Of a stretch of DNA of 64,000 nt, positions 11,445 to 24,368 are shown one piece after another (the first letter of the stretch is position 1; every line of letters starts with the position of its first letter). The notes beneath the pieces were generated by a model. That model had not been told where the DNA came from and did no database searches. It saw only the letters and a program-made list of their open reading frames with translations. This DNA is from Balanoglossus misakiensis (taxonomy: Eukaryota; Animalia; Hemichordata): contig CM082577.2 of the NCBI GenBank assembly GCA_040954595.2, positions 16,127,903 to 16,191,902 on the forward strand, in the 5' to 3' direction. Both the position numbers and the translations under genes were made by a program.

Positions 11445-14400
11445 ATGAACAAAAAGACAGTGCTGTTTGCTGTCGTTTTACTGCTGATCGTCAGTTGTGC
11501 GGATGGCTTTTGGGGGCGACGCCGCAGACGGAGGTGTAGCGCAACCAACTGCCAAGTGAGTGGGTGGAGCTCGTGGCGTTCGTGCTCGACCCCTTGCGGC
11601 AACAGCGGAACACAGACTCGTACCCGCACGGTGACCAGGGCAGCTTCGTGCGGAGGATCGTGCAATTATCAACTCACGGATAGTCGATCGTGCAACCGAC
11701 CAGGCTGCAACAACCACGGCACGCCTTTGTCATCCTCGTGCTCTTGTTACGCAGGGTGGACGGGTACCTGCTGCGGATCAGGTTCGCCATTCTGTGTTGT
11801 CTTGGGAACAAGAGTGTGTTCTTGTTATTGCAGTTTAATTACAGATGTCTGACATGTTATGTTTGCGGACGTCAACTTCAGCAGACCTGGGCTACCGTCA
11901 CACCCCTTGTAGCAAACAAAACATACTTGAACAAGTTAAAATTTCAATAGCACTTCAAGTAAAAGTAAGCGACGCATGTCATTTGCAACAGTCGTATTTG
12001 TTGTTTATCGGACAGAAAAAATGCTAAGGCAACTATAGAAACCCAAAACATGCCCATGCGACACGCTATTTTGGACACTATCAAACGTTGTTGAAAATTG
12101 AAGGATAAACAACATGCATTATTCATTGCATACTTTATGCATCCCTGAGTAATTGGTGCATATTTCGCATTAAAATACAACTTGCTCAAAGGCTACATAC
12201 GTACATGCAGTCACCACTTCAGAATGGGGCATAACATGGGTTTCATTGATTCAGTTCATTTCGCGGGAACTTTGACACTCGAAAACATTCTTTATTCCAC
12301 AGACGCTAACGAATGTAGTCACACCAATGGCAATTGTGCCACAACACGTACGGAAGTTATTACTGTACATGCGGCACTGGCTACACTCTGAATACTAACG
12401 GAAGAACATGTAATGGTGAGTTTTCAAGAAAAGTTCGCTGTATGTATGCTATACGCCGTCAAAATATACAGCGGAGAATATTTACCAATAGTGTTTTATC
12501 CAGAATGGCCTTTTGAATGACATCACCCATGTGGTCTGTTAATCTCAATAGCTATACATTCTGAAAGTTTAGTTTGCAGAAGATATTTTGAGAAGAAATG
12601 ACCCGGTGGGAGTAATCACGTGACCCTGATTCTCTTGTTTTTAATTCAGATATAAATGAATGCCAGACAAGCAACGGAGGTTGTAATCAAGTTTGTACAA
12701 ACACTGTGGGAAGTTACATCTGCAATTGCAACACCGGTTACCAATTGGGTACAGATGCCCATACATGTTCTGGTAAGATGTCGGTCTTGCTATTCATGAG
12801 ATAAACGTCCGCTGTGAGCTTATATTACTAGATTTAATATGGCAGTGGCGTGACATCTGTATGTCTCTCGCGGTTAAAAAATACTCAAATCTCGTTTAAG
12901 TATGTTTCTGAAAACAATACAATAATACCAGTCGGTAAACTGTCTGGATACATACAACTTTTTACAACAGGTAATGCCTTAGGAGCCACCATTGGGAGTA
13001 TAGCGCTGTGACTTCAGACATTTTTTGAATACTGTATCTGTGAATAACTTTTAAAACCTTTCAGATTATAATGAATGCTCTACTAATAATGGCGGATGTA
13101 ACCACGTGTGTACGAACAGTGTCGGAAGTTATAGTTGTTCTTGTAACGTCGGATATCACCTTACTTCTGACAACCATCAGTGCGTCGGTGAGTAAATTAT
13201 TGAGTGAGTGGGTGAGTCAGTCAGTCAGTCAGTGAAAGAAGTAAGCAAGGAGAGGTTGGTTGGTTGGTTTCTTGGTTGGTTAGGTGGATATGTCGGTGGG
13301 AAGGAGGGATAATGTGATGGTAGATGGCTATATAGATGGCTTTTGTTCTTTACTATAATAGATACTGACGAGTGTTCTACAAACAATGGCGGTTGTAATC
13401 ACTTCTGTACCAATTCTATTGGAAGCTTCCAGTGTTCCTGTAGGAATGGCTACAACTTGGGCGCTGATGGACTCACCTGCACAGGTTCAGTATCAGAATT
13501 GTAAAATGTCATGTAAAACAACCCAAACTTTTCATACAACGATGCAATCTATAGAACCACTCCCAACATCATCGATTGAGGCAATAACTTTGCTTATACT
13601 TTCACTTGGTTGAAATTAATACATGTATCTTGTCCACAAGTGCACGACTCTCGCGTAGGAATGCTTGTTCAAACCATAGACAGTCTATGTTCAAACGGTC
13701 ACAAAAAGCTAAAGGGGAGGGTCATCCGCCCATGTAAATGCCATCCACGCCTTATCCACTTGTCAACCATTTTACTTTCTTTTCTATCACCCAGACATTG
13801 ATGAATGCTCCCAGGGAACTCACGACTGCGCACAAGTCTGCATAAACGAGCCGGGTACCTGGGCATGTGCATGTAACAGTGGTTACAGGGTTCACGGGTG
13901 TCACTCGAACTTATGCACAGGTAACTGCCACGCCTGTTTGCTTTTTAAGCGTTTATTTATTGTTTACTTGCCTTTAAAGGCCACACAGCTTGAACTTCGT
14001 ATGTCGAGGGCTACCATCTCTGCAGAGATTTACGTGCGAATACGCCTATTAAATTTACGCTATTTTTTCCTGTCATGTGCGATTACCTAGCCGTACGGTT
14101 GTTTTTTATCATTTCTAAGATATAAGTGAATGTGATGAAGTGTCTTCTGGATGTAATCAGATCTGCACAAACACCATTGGGAGTTACCGATGCTCTTGCG
14201 TCGCTGGCTATGAACTCTCAACTGATAACCATACATGCATCGGTGAGTACCTTAAACAGAAATCTGGTACATTGTATTCCATTGTTCGCTGTGAATGTCG
14301 TGGGTTTTGCAGTCTTCAGAAACGGCGATTTTACAACACTGCTATCATCCACATGTATTCCGACGCTTTGCTCGTCATCAACACAATGTATATGTGGCAC

Positions 14401-16739
14401 TGAACAGATTTGCATATAAAGCAAACCGGGTCTTTCACCACAAGAAACTTTATCTCCTGTGAGTGACAACACTTTCATTTATCCTTCAATGCAGATATTG
14501 ACGAGTGCCAGAACAATGGTTGCGATGGTTGTGTTAACGTCGACGGGGGCTTTGCTTGTCTATGCAACGACGGATTCACCCCGAACGCCGACAGAAGTGC
14601 CTGTTTAGGTGCGTACACGTACCAAGATCATTCTAAGAGACTTCACCCTACTTTCAATATTACTAAGAAACATGCGAGAAAAATATCCCCGAATGAAGAC
14701 GTCCGATGAATAGTCTTGTTCGGAAGGGAGTGATTTAACTGCAGTATTGAGTTAATTATCATCTAAAAATGGAAACTGATGACATCTATGGCATTGAATG
14801 AAAACGTACTAGGTCCATACGACTCGGGCAGTAAGAACAACTTTCTACTATATCGTAACATAAAAATGTATTGTGCCATCAAAATCACTCTATAGCGAAA
14901 ATACCAGTAACTTTTGACCCTGTTCACATGTTAACAATTATATTGAACTTCCAGACATCGATGAATGTAGCACTAACAACGGTGGGTGTGACCACACTTG
15001 TACAAACTCCGACGGCGGCTTTTCATGCGCATGTAACACAGGATATGTTTCTGACGACAATGGTTTCACCTGTACAGGTAAATCATAATGTTAAAATTCA
15101 CCATATGGTCTTTGACAAACTTGCCGAAGTTGATCGTCTCGAATTTGATGTAACATAATCTTACAGTGTATGCCACTAAAATGAACGTACGGGACATCAA
15201 AACTGAAACATTACGGACCTATTACAACAAAACATTTATGTCTATATGATGTTTCTCTACAGACATTAACGAATGTGACGTCAACAACGGTGGATGTGAG
15301 CATATCTGCACAAACCTTCCCGGCAATTTTGCGTGTTCCTGCCAAGCGACTTATGACTTGGATTCGAATGGTCGCACCTGCTCAGGTATGCAAATTTTCT
15401 GTTTATTCACTCCATTAACTTAACATAACAATTCAGCAAATGTACGACTTGTACGCAAAAAGCGGCGAACATAACCGTAAAATGACACTGTACGTTAAAG
15501 CCCCAGTATTTCTCGTGTGTATCCATTTTTCATCATCGAAAAATGCCCGTTTTTCCCGTACATTCATCATGGAATACATAATGAAGATAGAAGAAAGGTT
15601 CGGGCAACTGTAGCTACGTGCAAGCTGTAAATATTGCCCGTAACACTTGAAATGATGCGTGGGTTTGTTTACAACGGAAATGTTGTACATGTCGATCAGC
15701 AAACGTGCCACTTTGACATTTGATCGTCAGACCATTTTCGGATTTGATCTGGTTCCATCGACTGATTTCTCCCATAATGTTATCTTCCCAAAATTTCGCC
15801 GAATTAGTGCGCATTTCTTCGCTGAGTCGCTTGATTTGGGGCGACCAAACCTCTTCCGCATAGAATCACATTTGAGTGCGCATGCGCACTAGTCACGTGT
15901 GTCAACAGAGCCTGACTTTCTGTCCGGACAGAAAGTCATTCTTCACTCGTTATATTGTAAATTGTATGAGTTTATGAGCAGAGCTGGGGATGATGACTGT
16001 TCGATTCAGTATCAATTATCATCTACTTTTAGAAATTATAGATGCCGTTTCAAACAAAATTTTGCCCCTACGAGAAATACTGAGGCTTTAAACGATTGTG
16101 TTCATTGAACTTATGGTTATAACTAAAGAAGGTACCGGTACAACCGAGCACAAAAACGTGCAGTATACTTGGGGATTCTCCTTGTATAGGGGTCATGGGT
16201 GTATATTTATATGACTTATATATATCAACCAACAGATATTGACGCCTGTCTGAACTCCAAATGCGATCAGACTTGCGACACGGTCAGTAATAATGCAGTA
16301 TGTTCCTGTACAGCGGGATACGAGTTATCACCAAATAATAAAGCTTGTCACGGTAAGTCATTTTATCTGTTGACAAGATTATCATAAAATCTCCACTAAA
16401 ACTACTCTTCATGAGACTAGTCCAAATAATAATGTTACTTGTCAATCAATTTTGTAAGAGTCATATATATTTACGTTGCAAACTAACTAACACAATCGAT
16501 GCATCAGTAATCAGTCAAACAAACAAACAAACATTGAGTCGCGTAGTTTAAAGCTAAATAAGTATTTTAACCGAGCTACATATCTTATTTATGACCTTTT
16601 AGATATTGATGAATGCAAAGATGGTATAGACGGATGTTCCCAAAATTGTGTGAACAACGATGGCGGTTTCTCCTGTACCTGCCGTACAGGCTACCATTTG
16701 GATCAGGATGGAAAGACATGCGTGTCTGATAATGCTTAA
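11445..16739 (+). CDS. Secreted protein: signal peptide, poly-Arg, TSP1, EGF and 11 calcium-binding EGF domains; this copy has a frameshift in the first cbEGF exon
   Basis: Coding exons with GT-AG, all phase 1: 11445-11781, 12303-12415 (113 nt), 12650-12772, 13065-13187, 13362-13484, 13795-13920, 14120-14242, 14495-14608, 14955-15077, 15263-15385, 16236-16352 and 16603-16739 (TAA). The EGF exons start D-x-(D/N/S)-(E/A)-C. The TSP1 motif is [12 protein letters not shown]...RTRTV. Confidence 0.9.
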
Positions 16740-16974
16740 CTTGGTATCCGTGAGGAGATATTTCCTTCCAGAACTTATGGCATGACGATAAGCACACAAT
16801 CTATGCAACTGATGATACTAGTATATGCCTCTATACTCAAGTCAAGTGCGTTTCTGTTTCCTGTATTCAAGATTTTTCGGCTTGTGTGTACCTGGTCGTG
16901 TATTCAGTTTTATAATCAGTGCCATTGTTGTGGAATAGGAAAATATCACAATATTATTGTTAGCTTATTGTTCT

Positions 16975-16980
16975 AATAAA
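16975..16980 (+). terminator. Polyadenylation signal of the TSP1-EGF gene
   Basis: AATAAA ~235 bp after the stop codon. Confidence 0.5.
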
Positions 16981-17292
16981 ATCATTAAACTCTTATAAAT
17001 GGACGCATTCATTCAGTTTTATTTAAATACAACTGCACGTACCTTGCGTATCCTAAGCAAACTTCCAAGATTTTTACTCACAGTGCCCTCTATGTTGTGA
17101 TTACAAAGCGTGGGTTGTCGAAGTTTAGATTTATAACTTGAACGTACAAGTTCACCTTTGGTTGTTGTGTTTGTACTAGTAGGACATGCATTTCGGGTGG
17201 TTGCCTACTTCCCCATATCTTAACATCGAGAGCGAATACAGCCTACGCATTTGACTGGTAGAACCCTGAATGGAGTCTAATGGTTATTCACT

Positions 17293-18431
17293 CTATGCTT
17301 GGGCCCCTTCAATGCTGTTTGCAGCTTTAATTTCAATTCTGTATTCTGCTGGTATTACAGCTCCACCACCAATCTCGTATACAGGTGGCCGTGGATGAAA
17401 ACTTTGTCTTGGATTTCCAGTTACAAGACTGTAGAAACAAAATAGTAAAAATAAAAAGTAGACATCAATAAAAGCATATTTTTTTACTTCCCCTGAAAAA
17501 AAAATGTATCTCTAACTTTGCCTTTTTAAACATGTTCATTCCTTTTACAGTTACAGGACACAGTAAAGTGCAGCAGACATGTTATCATGCTAGATGTCAC
17601 ATTCTTAAGAAAATTTCAGTTAACTAATGTCAGAATCTTCTGAGTCAAGTGATAATTAACTTATATTCTAATAACTGTCTGAGTTCTGATAGAATTTTTG
17701 AAGTGAAAAGGCGCAAATAAAACATAAAATACTTCCACAGATGATGCTTTTTGTAGCTTGTATATCCATATTTTGAGAAGCCGACACTAAACCAACTTTC
17801 AACTATGTCATTGTGTTATAGTCCTGAATGGTTGATGTCCCTGTCTGCTACTGTCTAGCTGTCTGCATGAATGTCTTTGTTCTTTTAGTGTGACTGGCTG
17901 AAATTACTGCAATTACATGTCTGAACATGTGGAATATCTGAGCCAGGATACCTAGACGGTGCCAGAGGTTGCAGAAATTTCAGCCAAAGTCATAGAAAAA
18001 AAGGAATGGACCTATAGACTCCGGCAGACAGTCAAACAGAAACAGACACCGGCACACTGGAACAGACACACTGACATAATTATATATTACCGGTACACAT
18101 GCTCAAGCAATCAGAAAGGAATAAGTATTTGATAAAGTCATTACAATATTTAAATCCTGTCAATTACAATGTGACTACAGCTCCAAGTTCATGGATGCAC
18201 TTGTACAATCCTTCACTCATGATATATGGAACATGGCCCATTGGTAATCCAGCCACCTGGTGAAGTCTCAGCTGTCTCTTCTCATCAGTGATAACATAAT
18301 GAAAATCTGGATGGATATCTATTAATTCTGGTAACCACACCATCAGAGCAAATTTATCCTTTTTGTTGCCATATTCCTTTCGAACTAATAGTGGTAAACC
18401 GTCAGGTGCTCTGACTTGATAAATGTGGTAC
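17293..18431 (-). CDS. Two exons of a HIRAN-like domain protein; 5' exons not found, probably transposon cargo
   Basis: Exons 18431-18168 and 17428-17293 splice in phase 2: YHIYQ...EYGNKKDKFAL...GHVP...|LVTGNPR...GGGAVIPAEY. Confidence 0.55.
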
Positions 18432-19030
18432 CTTAACCAAAGGAAAAATACATGTGCCTAAATCAGTGTAAAACTACTTATAATTCTCTGATCTAATGAA
18501 GGTTAGCACTGAACTAACCCAGACATAGTAGGTGTAACACTGACAGCAGCGACAGCGGGTGACAGACTGGTAGTATTAAAGGTAGGTGTAACACCAATCT
18601 GATTAAAATCAGATGTAGGGAACGGCGACTTGGTTTTTTTATGCTGTCGCCTCACACTACATCTGACCAACTCTCAATGGAGATCCCGCTGAACTCTACG
18701 AGATTTACTGGGAATATAAACCAATCAGAAGGCGCCTTATAGCAAATGATAGGCAACCCACAATCACATGACCTGGCCCCTTGCGTTTGTTACCATGGAG
18801 CTACCACAGACATATATCCCGGGCGCGAGAGTCGAATCAGCGTGGGGAATGGTTTCGAGCCAGTTCAGCGTGATGACTGAACCTCTATATTCCACCGGTC
18901 AACGAAATGTATAAGACGTGGCAACAAGTCGCAGTAAAATTGTTAGAGAATCGATTACATTTGTGTAAGGCCGTCCCAGGGAGAGATTATGTCGCCACGA
19001 TCGTTTGTATACACCAGAGTGTACCGACCA

Positions 19031-19979
19031 TTTGTAAATGTACTACGCCAGACAAAGGAAGTAGGAAGAAGGAAGATTTAATGCAAATAAAACAAGGCGA
19101 AAAGCCCCAACAATAAGAGACAAATGTCTACCAAAGCAAGCGCAAGAACAAAAGGCAATAAATAAAAAACAAACCTATCTATCTAATACAGTAAGTTGCA
19201 AACTAACTACCTAAAAACTGGTTGGGCAGGGGCCCCTTCGGTTCCGCTCCCGTGGCATGGGCGAACGAGAAAACCATGCTGCAGAAACCGTGGTAGGCCA
19301 GGCACTAGGTGGTGACCTATGGCACGAAATGGGGGGCAGGATGTAATCCATAGCCACACCAGAGAGCCGGACCAAAGGGACAAAGGTGGTGAAAGGGGAT
19401 GGTGGCGGGATGCAGAGAGAGAATAGCTGGGTTGTCGCACTGACGCGGACAAAGACGCTAACTGAGGAGATTGAGAGAGCAATTAGAGGATAAGACAAAG
19501 GATATGCAAATGAGTAGAGGGGGGACGCCAGGTGACGAGTGCAAAAGAAGGGGGAAGGAAAGACAAAGGAAGAAGAGATAGGGAAGGCAGGGGAGCCATA
19601 AGGGGAAGGCTTCATACATTTACAAACCCAATCTGTGATATCACAGATTGTTATTTTGTAAATGTACTACGCCAGACAAAGGAAGTAGGAAGAAGGAAGA
19701 TTTAATGCAAATAAAACAAGGCGAAAAGCCCCAACAATAAGAGACAAATGTCTACCAAAGCAAGCGCAAGAACAAAAGGCAATAAATAAAAAACAAACCT
19801 ATCTATCTAATACAGTAAGTTGCAAACTAACTACCTAAAAACTGGTTGGGCAGGGGCCCCTTCGGTTCCGCTCCCGTGGCATGGGCGAACGAGAAAACCA
19901 TGCTGCAGAAACCGTGGTAGGCCAGGCACTAGGTGGTGACCTATGGCACGAAATGGGGGGCAGGATGTAATCCATAGCC
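19031..19979. repeat. Ngaro split direct repeats B2, A2 and B1
   Basis: 19031-19355 matches 19655-19979 (325 bp); 19410-19654 matches 24423-24667 (245 bp). Confidence 0.95.
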
Positions 19980-20347
19980 CAAACTGAGGTTGTGGGAAGC
20001 ATGACCGAAGTGACCCCCATGAGATGTTAGTAGGTTGGTAGGGAACCATTGGAGGCGTAGTGCGGCCCAATGGGTTGGGTCCTGGGGGACAGACGTGGTC
20101 TGGTCGGCCCAGGTGGATGCAGGTATGGAGGAATCCATTGGAGGCACCGGAAGTAGTGCGGTCCAATGGTGGGGGTCCTGGGGGACGGACGGTGTCGAGT
20201 CGGCCCAGGTGGAAGGCAAAATGAGCTGTGAGTTGTGGCTCACAGTTGGAACTCCAATGGAAGCCAGGGATTGGTGCAGAGGGTACCCGAGGGAGTACCG
20301 GCCTGCGTGGCTCACACTGGGGTTAGTAAGGGGGAGACGGAAGTAGA

Positions 20348-21334
20348 CTACTGAAAGGCCAAAGCTCTAAAGGCAGAACGCAAAAGTCCTTCGGGCGTTC
20401 TAATATATCTACGGTAACAGTCACTAGACCACCTGCCAAGAGTCTGAATAAGGTGGTCTGGGAGATGGGCACTGGCTGCTGAAGTGGCTGCACCGATGCG
20501 GAAAGAGTGGCCGGCGAAGTGTTGAGGATGCAGGCCCAAGCGCGACAACAGCAAGCGGAGACTAGATGTGAAGGTTGAACGGTCGAGTGCCACTCTTTCA
20601 GGTAACAGGAAAAACGGCTCCGTTGGGGTTGTAAGCATCTGTTGGCGAACTTCATAAAATCCTGCGAGCGTCGCCACTGGGCACACAGATGTATATGTTG
20701 GAAATAACCGAAGGTGGAATCCTTTCCGGTACTGATCGGTTTTCGATGACTTAATGTGAATGACCACGCATTCTGGAGAGCCTTGTCCTTGGGTGATCTT
20801 GATGTCGTTAACGGTCAGGTGGAATTTTGGATTGAAAACCCGAGTGCTGCATGTAAATTCACTGCAACGGAGGAAACCATAGAAGGCAAGCAGGAAGGCA
20901 GATTCCAGCAGTAAATCGACGTATGGACCAAAGATCCCCTGACGTAGTAGCACACATAAGCGTTGTAGAATGTCTAGCGTGATCGGGAGTCGCGGACGTG
21001 ATGCTTGACCTTGGAGTCGCAGTATTCCCCTGAGGACCAGATGAAGGTGAGGGTGAAATTGTCCTTGCTGTGACACCAAAGGGTTGTTGAGACCGGCACG
21101 CACGTAATGATTCCGGATTGCAGCCAAGTAGGTGCGAAGAGTGGTGTATTTAAGGTGACAGTTCGTAGCACAGTGAACCACAAAGTAGATGAGAAAGTCC
21201 TCTGACGCTGGTGGGTATTTTGGTGACTGACCTCTGATGTTGAACAAAGCCGTGAAACGAAGCCACGCACGAACCCCTGTGCTGTAAGTCGAAACTGTTC
21301 TTGGGCTGAGTGATGCCGACTGGAAGGTTGCCAA
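20348..21334 (-). CDS. Ngaro tyrosine recombinase, intact
   Basis: 328-aa ORF with GFLRCSEF, KSSKTDQ, GHSFRIGAAT and LGRWSSDCYRRY (R-K-HxxR-W-Y catalytic set). Confidence 0.95.
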   Translation of the reverse strand: MATFQSASLSPRTVSTYSTGVRAWLRFTALFNIRGQSPKYPPASEDFLIYFVVHCATNCHLKYTTLRTYLAAIRNHYVRAGLNNPLVSQQGQFHPHLHLVLRGILRLQGQASRPRLPITLDILQRLCVLLRQGIFGPYVDLLLESAFLLAFYGFLRCSEFTCSTRVFNPKFHLTVNDIKITQGQGSPECVVIHIKSSKTDQYRKGFHLRLFPTYTSVCPVATLAGFYEVRQQMLTTPTEPFFLLPERVALDRSTFTSSLRLLLSRLGLHPQHFAGHSFRIGAATSAASAHLPDHLIQTLGRWSSDCYRRYIRTPEGLLRSAFRALAFQ

Positions 21335-21342
21335 AGCTTCGT

Positions 21343-22949
21343 TCAGTCGAACATTATGTTGGAGGGTATTTGGCAGGGTGTGGCAGACGCGTGTGGGGCT
21401 TCCTGACGAAACCGTTGGTTCTGAAAGCGAGATAAAGAGTCAGCAATTACATTCAGCTTACCAGGGATATGCTCTGCCTGGAACATGAAGTTATTGGTTG
21501 CTGCTGTGATAACGAGTCTCCGCATGAGTTTCATTATGGCGACCGACTTTGAACGGCCTTTGTTGATAATGTGGACCGTGGCCATGTTGTCGCAATGGAA
21601 CACGATGCGCTTACGGCGCCAGTTATAACCCCACAATAGACAGGCCACGACTATGGGATATAGTTCGCGAAAGGCAATTGACAACGTTGGGTCGTCATGG
21701 GGGTCCAAGCCGTGTTGCCAACGTTCCTGAAACCATTGCCCGTGGAAGTAACCGCCGTGGCCAATACCGCTCGCGTCGGTGAAGAGCTGCATGCTGTCTG
21801 CTGGGGTGATAGTCGTTTCCAGGAATAAGGAAATCCCGTTCCACTCAGAGAGGAGGTAGTGCCACATTCGTAAATCGCGTTTGCTTTCTGCCGAAATGGT
21901 GATGAAGTGGTTCAGATGTTTAGCGGACTTAGACAGTTCTATTAGCCGTGAAATGAAGGTACGACCGGGAGTGACAACTCTGCATGCAAAGTTCAGGTGA
22001 CCTAATAGACTTAGTAGCTGTCGTTTCGTGCACGATTTCCGCTTGAGGAAAGAGTCTAGTAAGTCGCGCATGCGGTTGAGTTTGTCAAGAGGCAATCTTG
22101 CTTGCATCTTGATGGTGTCTAACACTATTCCCAGGTATTCGAGCGAGATGGCTGGGCCGACGGTTTTGTGCGGAGCAATAGGGATTCTTAAGCGCTGAAA
22201 GATCAGGGTGAGGATGGCCATCGTGCGGTCCGCGTCGAAAGATGGAGCATCGACTGTCAGGAAATCATCCAGCAAATGAAAAAATTGTGTCGATGCCATA
22301 ATTGTGGTGCGCGATCCAGCAGACGGCAGACGACAGACAATCGAAGATCTTTGGGCTCGAGCGTGACCCAAAGGGCAGGCGGACGAAGAAATAGTAACTG
22401 CCATCCCATTTAATCCCGTAGAGGTGCCAAAGAGACTCGTGAATAGGTATGAGCTTGAAGGCATCGACAATATCTGTTTTACACAGCCAGGCTCCAGCCC
22501 CAACCCTTTGAATTGCGGCTATGGCATCGTCAACTTTCACGTAGGTTAACGAGAATTCGTCTTTATCAATGAGGTCGTTAATGCTGGGGGTATCAGCTAA
22601 GTCACGAGGCGAAGAAGTCCACGATTAAGCGTTTTTTCGAAGAGTATTTCTTTTCGACAATGCCGATAGGACTGCAGCGATACGATGGGAACGGTGGTTC
22701 GTCGAAGGGGCCGATCAAAAACCCCTTCTTCACCTCAATGTTGATCAAGTCCGTAACTGCATCGGGTTCGTTGCGGGCTGATAGTAGATTCGGACAAACA
22801 AACGTAGAGGACGGAGGATCCCTCACCCCGGTGTCGAAGCCGTGGCGTAGGCCGCTAAGCAGATATTCAACAAATGCACGTTCAGGATGGTTTCTAAGTT
22901 CGAACTCCAAATTATCGATATGAACCGGTGTGGAAACAGCAGAGTATAG
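21343..22949 (-). pseudogene. Ngaro reverse transcriptase-RNase H with two frameshifts
   Basis: ORFs 22602-22910 (KKRLIVD), 22265-22540 (KTDIVDAFKLIP, LPFGSRSSP) and 21343-22503 (HLLDDFL; RNase H FTDASG, ELYPI, HCDN, ADSLSR). Frameshifts lie near 22610 and in an A7 run near 22280. Confidence 0.92.
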
Positions 22950-24368
22950 TCAGTTCCTTGACGGGCGTTGGGAGGTAACCATGGTCGCGATACACTTTCC
23001 CGTTACTGAGTTGTGGTCGCTGGAGAAGCAAGCTGTCCAAACGTGCGCGTAGGGACAATTGATCCTCTTGCAGTTATTAGCTGAATTGAAATTATTGCAA
23101 ATTTCTTTGCCTTGGAAAAACAGCCGTTTGCGGCCATTTCTGTCAGTCGTGGACGTAGACTGCGAAGTTATACCGGAACCGGCTGCGATGCCTGGATGGG
23201 CTTTCTTGGCTGGAAAGGCTAACTGTGGGCAAACCTCCGTTGTGTGGGCCACCGATTGACACACATTACACATGTTGGCACGCATCCCGGCGAAGATTGA
23301 ACAATACAACGTTGTATCGCGACGGGACCAGTCCACTTTGATGTTGTGGTTCAGAAGGAGAGCTGCGGCCCTAGCCGAAAATGCCCGATGGTACTCATAG
23401 TATACTAGGCCGCTGAAACGCGTTGACATATCCACGATGTCCCTTTCGTAGGCATCGAGTTCTACACGCCGATTATTGTAGACGGAGCACATGACATTTT
23501 TGTAAACGGCGAATGCCCGTATAAATTCCTGGATGGACAGGGCTCGGGACAACCTGGAATCTTGGGGAGTTTTCAACGTGAACGCTTCGTCGCCCAAGAT
23601 TACGTGGCGCTGCCCTTCCGATTTTTTATAACCGGGTATCAATAGGCATGCAAGGTTGACATCCTTACCTGCCAAGATGTCCCGCCGGATTGAAGGAGAG
23701 ACCAGTTCAATCTGTGGCAGTTGCTCGGACGATGTACCGCGCGTTGAAAGAAGCTGGTTGAACCCCCCGTCCATAATGGAATCGCCCGTATCCAGCGTGG
23801 GTTGGTCGTGACCCTGAACTTCTGCGTTCGCTGCTCGGGCCCCGACGGCGTGGGTAGCGACGTGTTGATTTTGAGCGACCGTCTGATTCTGTTGGTTTGG
23901 TCCTGGTGGCAGGAGGTGCTGCTGAACGATTCTTGTGAGGTTTACAACTGCTGTTTGAAGTTCGGCAAACGACTCCGCCGACACTGACCCCGGCCCCGTG
24001 TTTGAGGTTGGTGCGGCAACAAAAGGTTGGTCGGGTAGGGTCACTGCAGCTGTGCGTCCTCGGCTGGCGCTCCTCTGCTGGACCGCCAGAGCGTCCGGAT
24101 CCGTTACCGATCTTGACGACCCCGCTTGACCCATTTCGTCAGGGACCTCATAAGGCTGACGCACCAGCTGGTCCCCACCGGTCGCTAAAATTGGGCTGGT
24201 GTGATGGCCGGGACTCACCGCGTCCTGCGTCGCAAAACTTCCTGGATCAGTGCGGGAACGGGTCACCGGCCGCTCGTAAGGGGCCACTCTGGTTCCTCGA
24301 CCTCGACCCCTGGGGGCCTGGACGGTAGCTCGGCCTCCAATCGATGGTCTTTTACGGCGGGCTGGCAT
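22950..24368 (-). CDS. Ngaro Gag-like ORF1
   Basis: 472 aa. C-terminal CNVCQSVAHTTEVC knuckle and CNNFN..C....C.YAH zinc finger; lies between A1 and RT. Confidence 0.85.
   Translation of the reverse strand: MPARRKRPSIGGRATVQAPRGRGRGTRVAPYERPVTRSRTDPGSFATQDAVSPGHHTSPILATGGDQLVRQPYEVPDEMGQAGSSRSVTDPDALAVQQRSASRGRTAAVTLPDQPFVAAPTSNTGPGSVSAESFAELQTAVVNLTRIVQQHLLPPGPNQQNQTVAQNQHVATHAVGARAANAEVQGHDQPTLDTGDSIMDGGFNQLLSTRGTSSEQLPQIELVSPSIRRDILAGKDVNLACLLIPGYKKSEGQRHVILGDEAFTLKTPQDSRLSRALSIQEFIRAFAVYKNVMCSVYNNRRVELDAYERDIVDMSTRFSGLVYYEYHRAFSARAAALLLNHNIKVDWSRRDTTLYCSIFAGMRANMCNVCQSVAHTTEVCPQLAFPAKKAHPGIAAGSGITSQSTSTTDRNGRKRLFFQGKEICNNFNSANNCKRINCPYAHVWTACFSSDHNSVTGKCIATMVTSQRPSRN

Noticed and set aside
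20348-21334. Phage integrase or bacterial contamination
   Set aside because: The YR lies within a gag-RT-RH element with split direct repeats and is a normal Ngaro component.
22265-22910. Programmed ribosomal frameshifting within the Ngaro RT
   Set aside because: The breaks fall inside conserved RT motifs, one in a homopolymer. Mutation or sequencing error is simpler.
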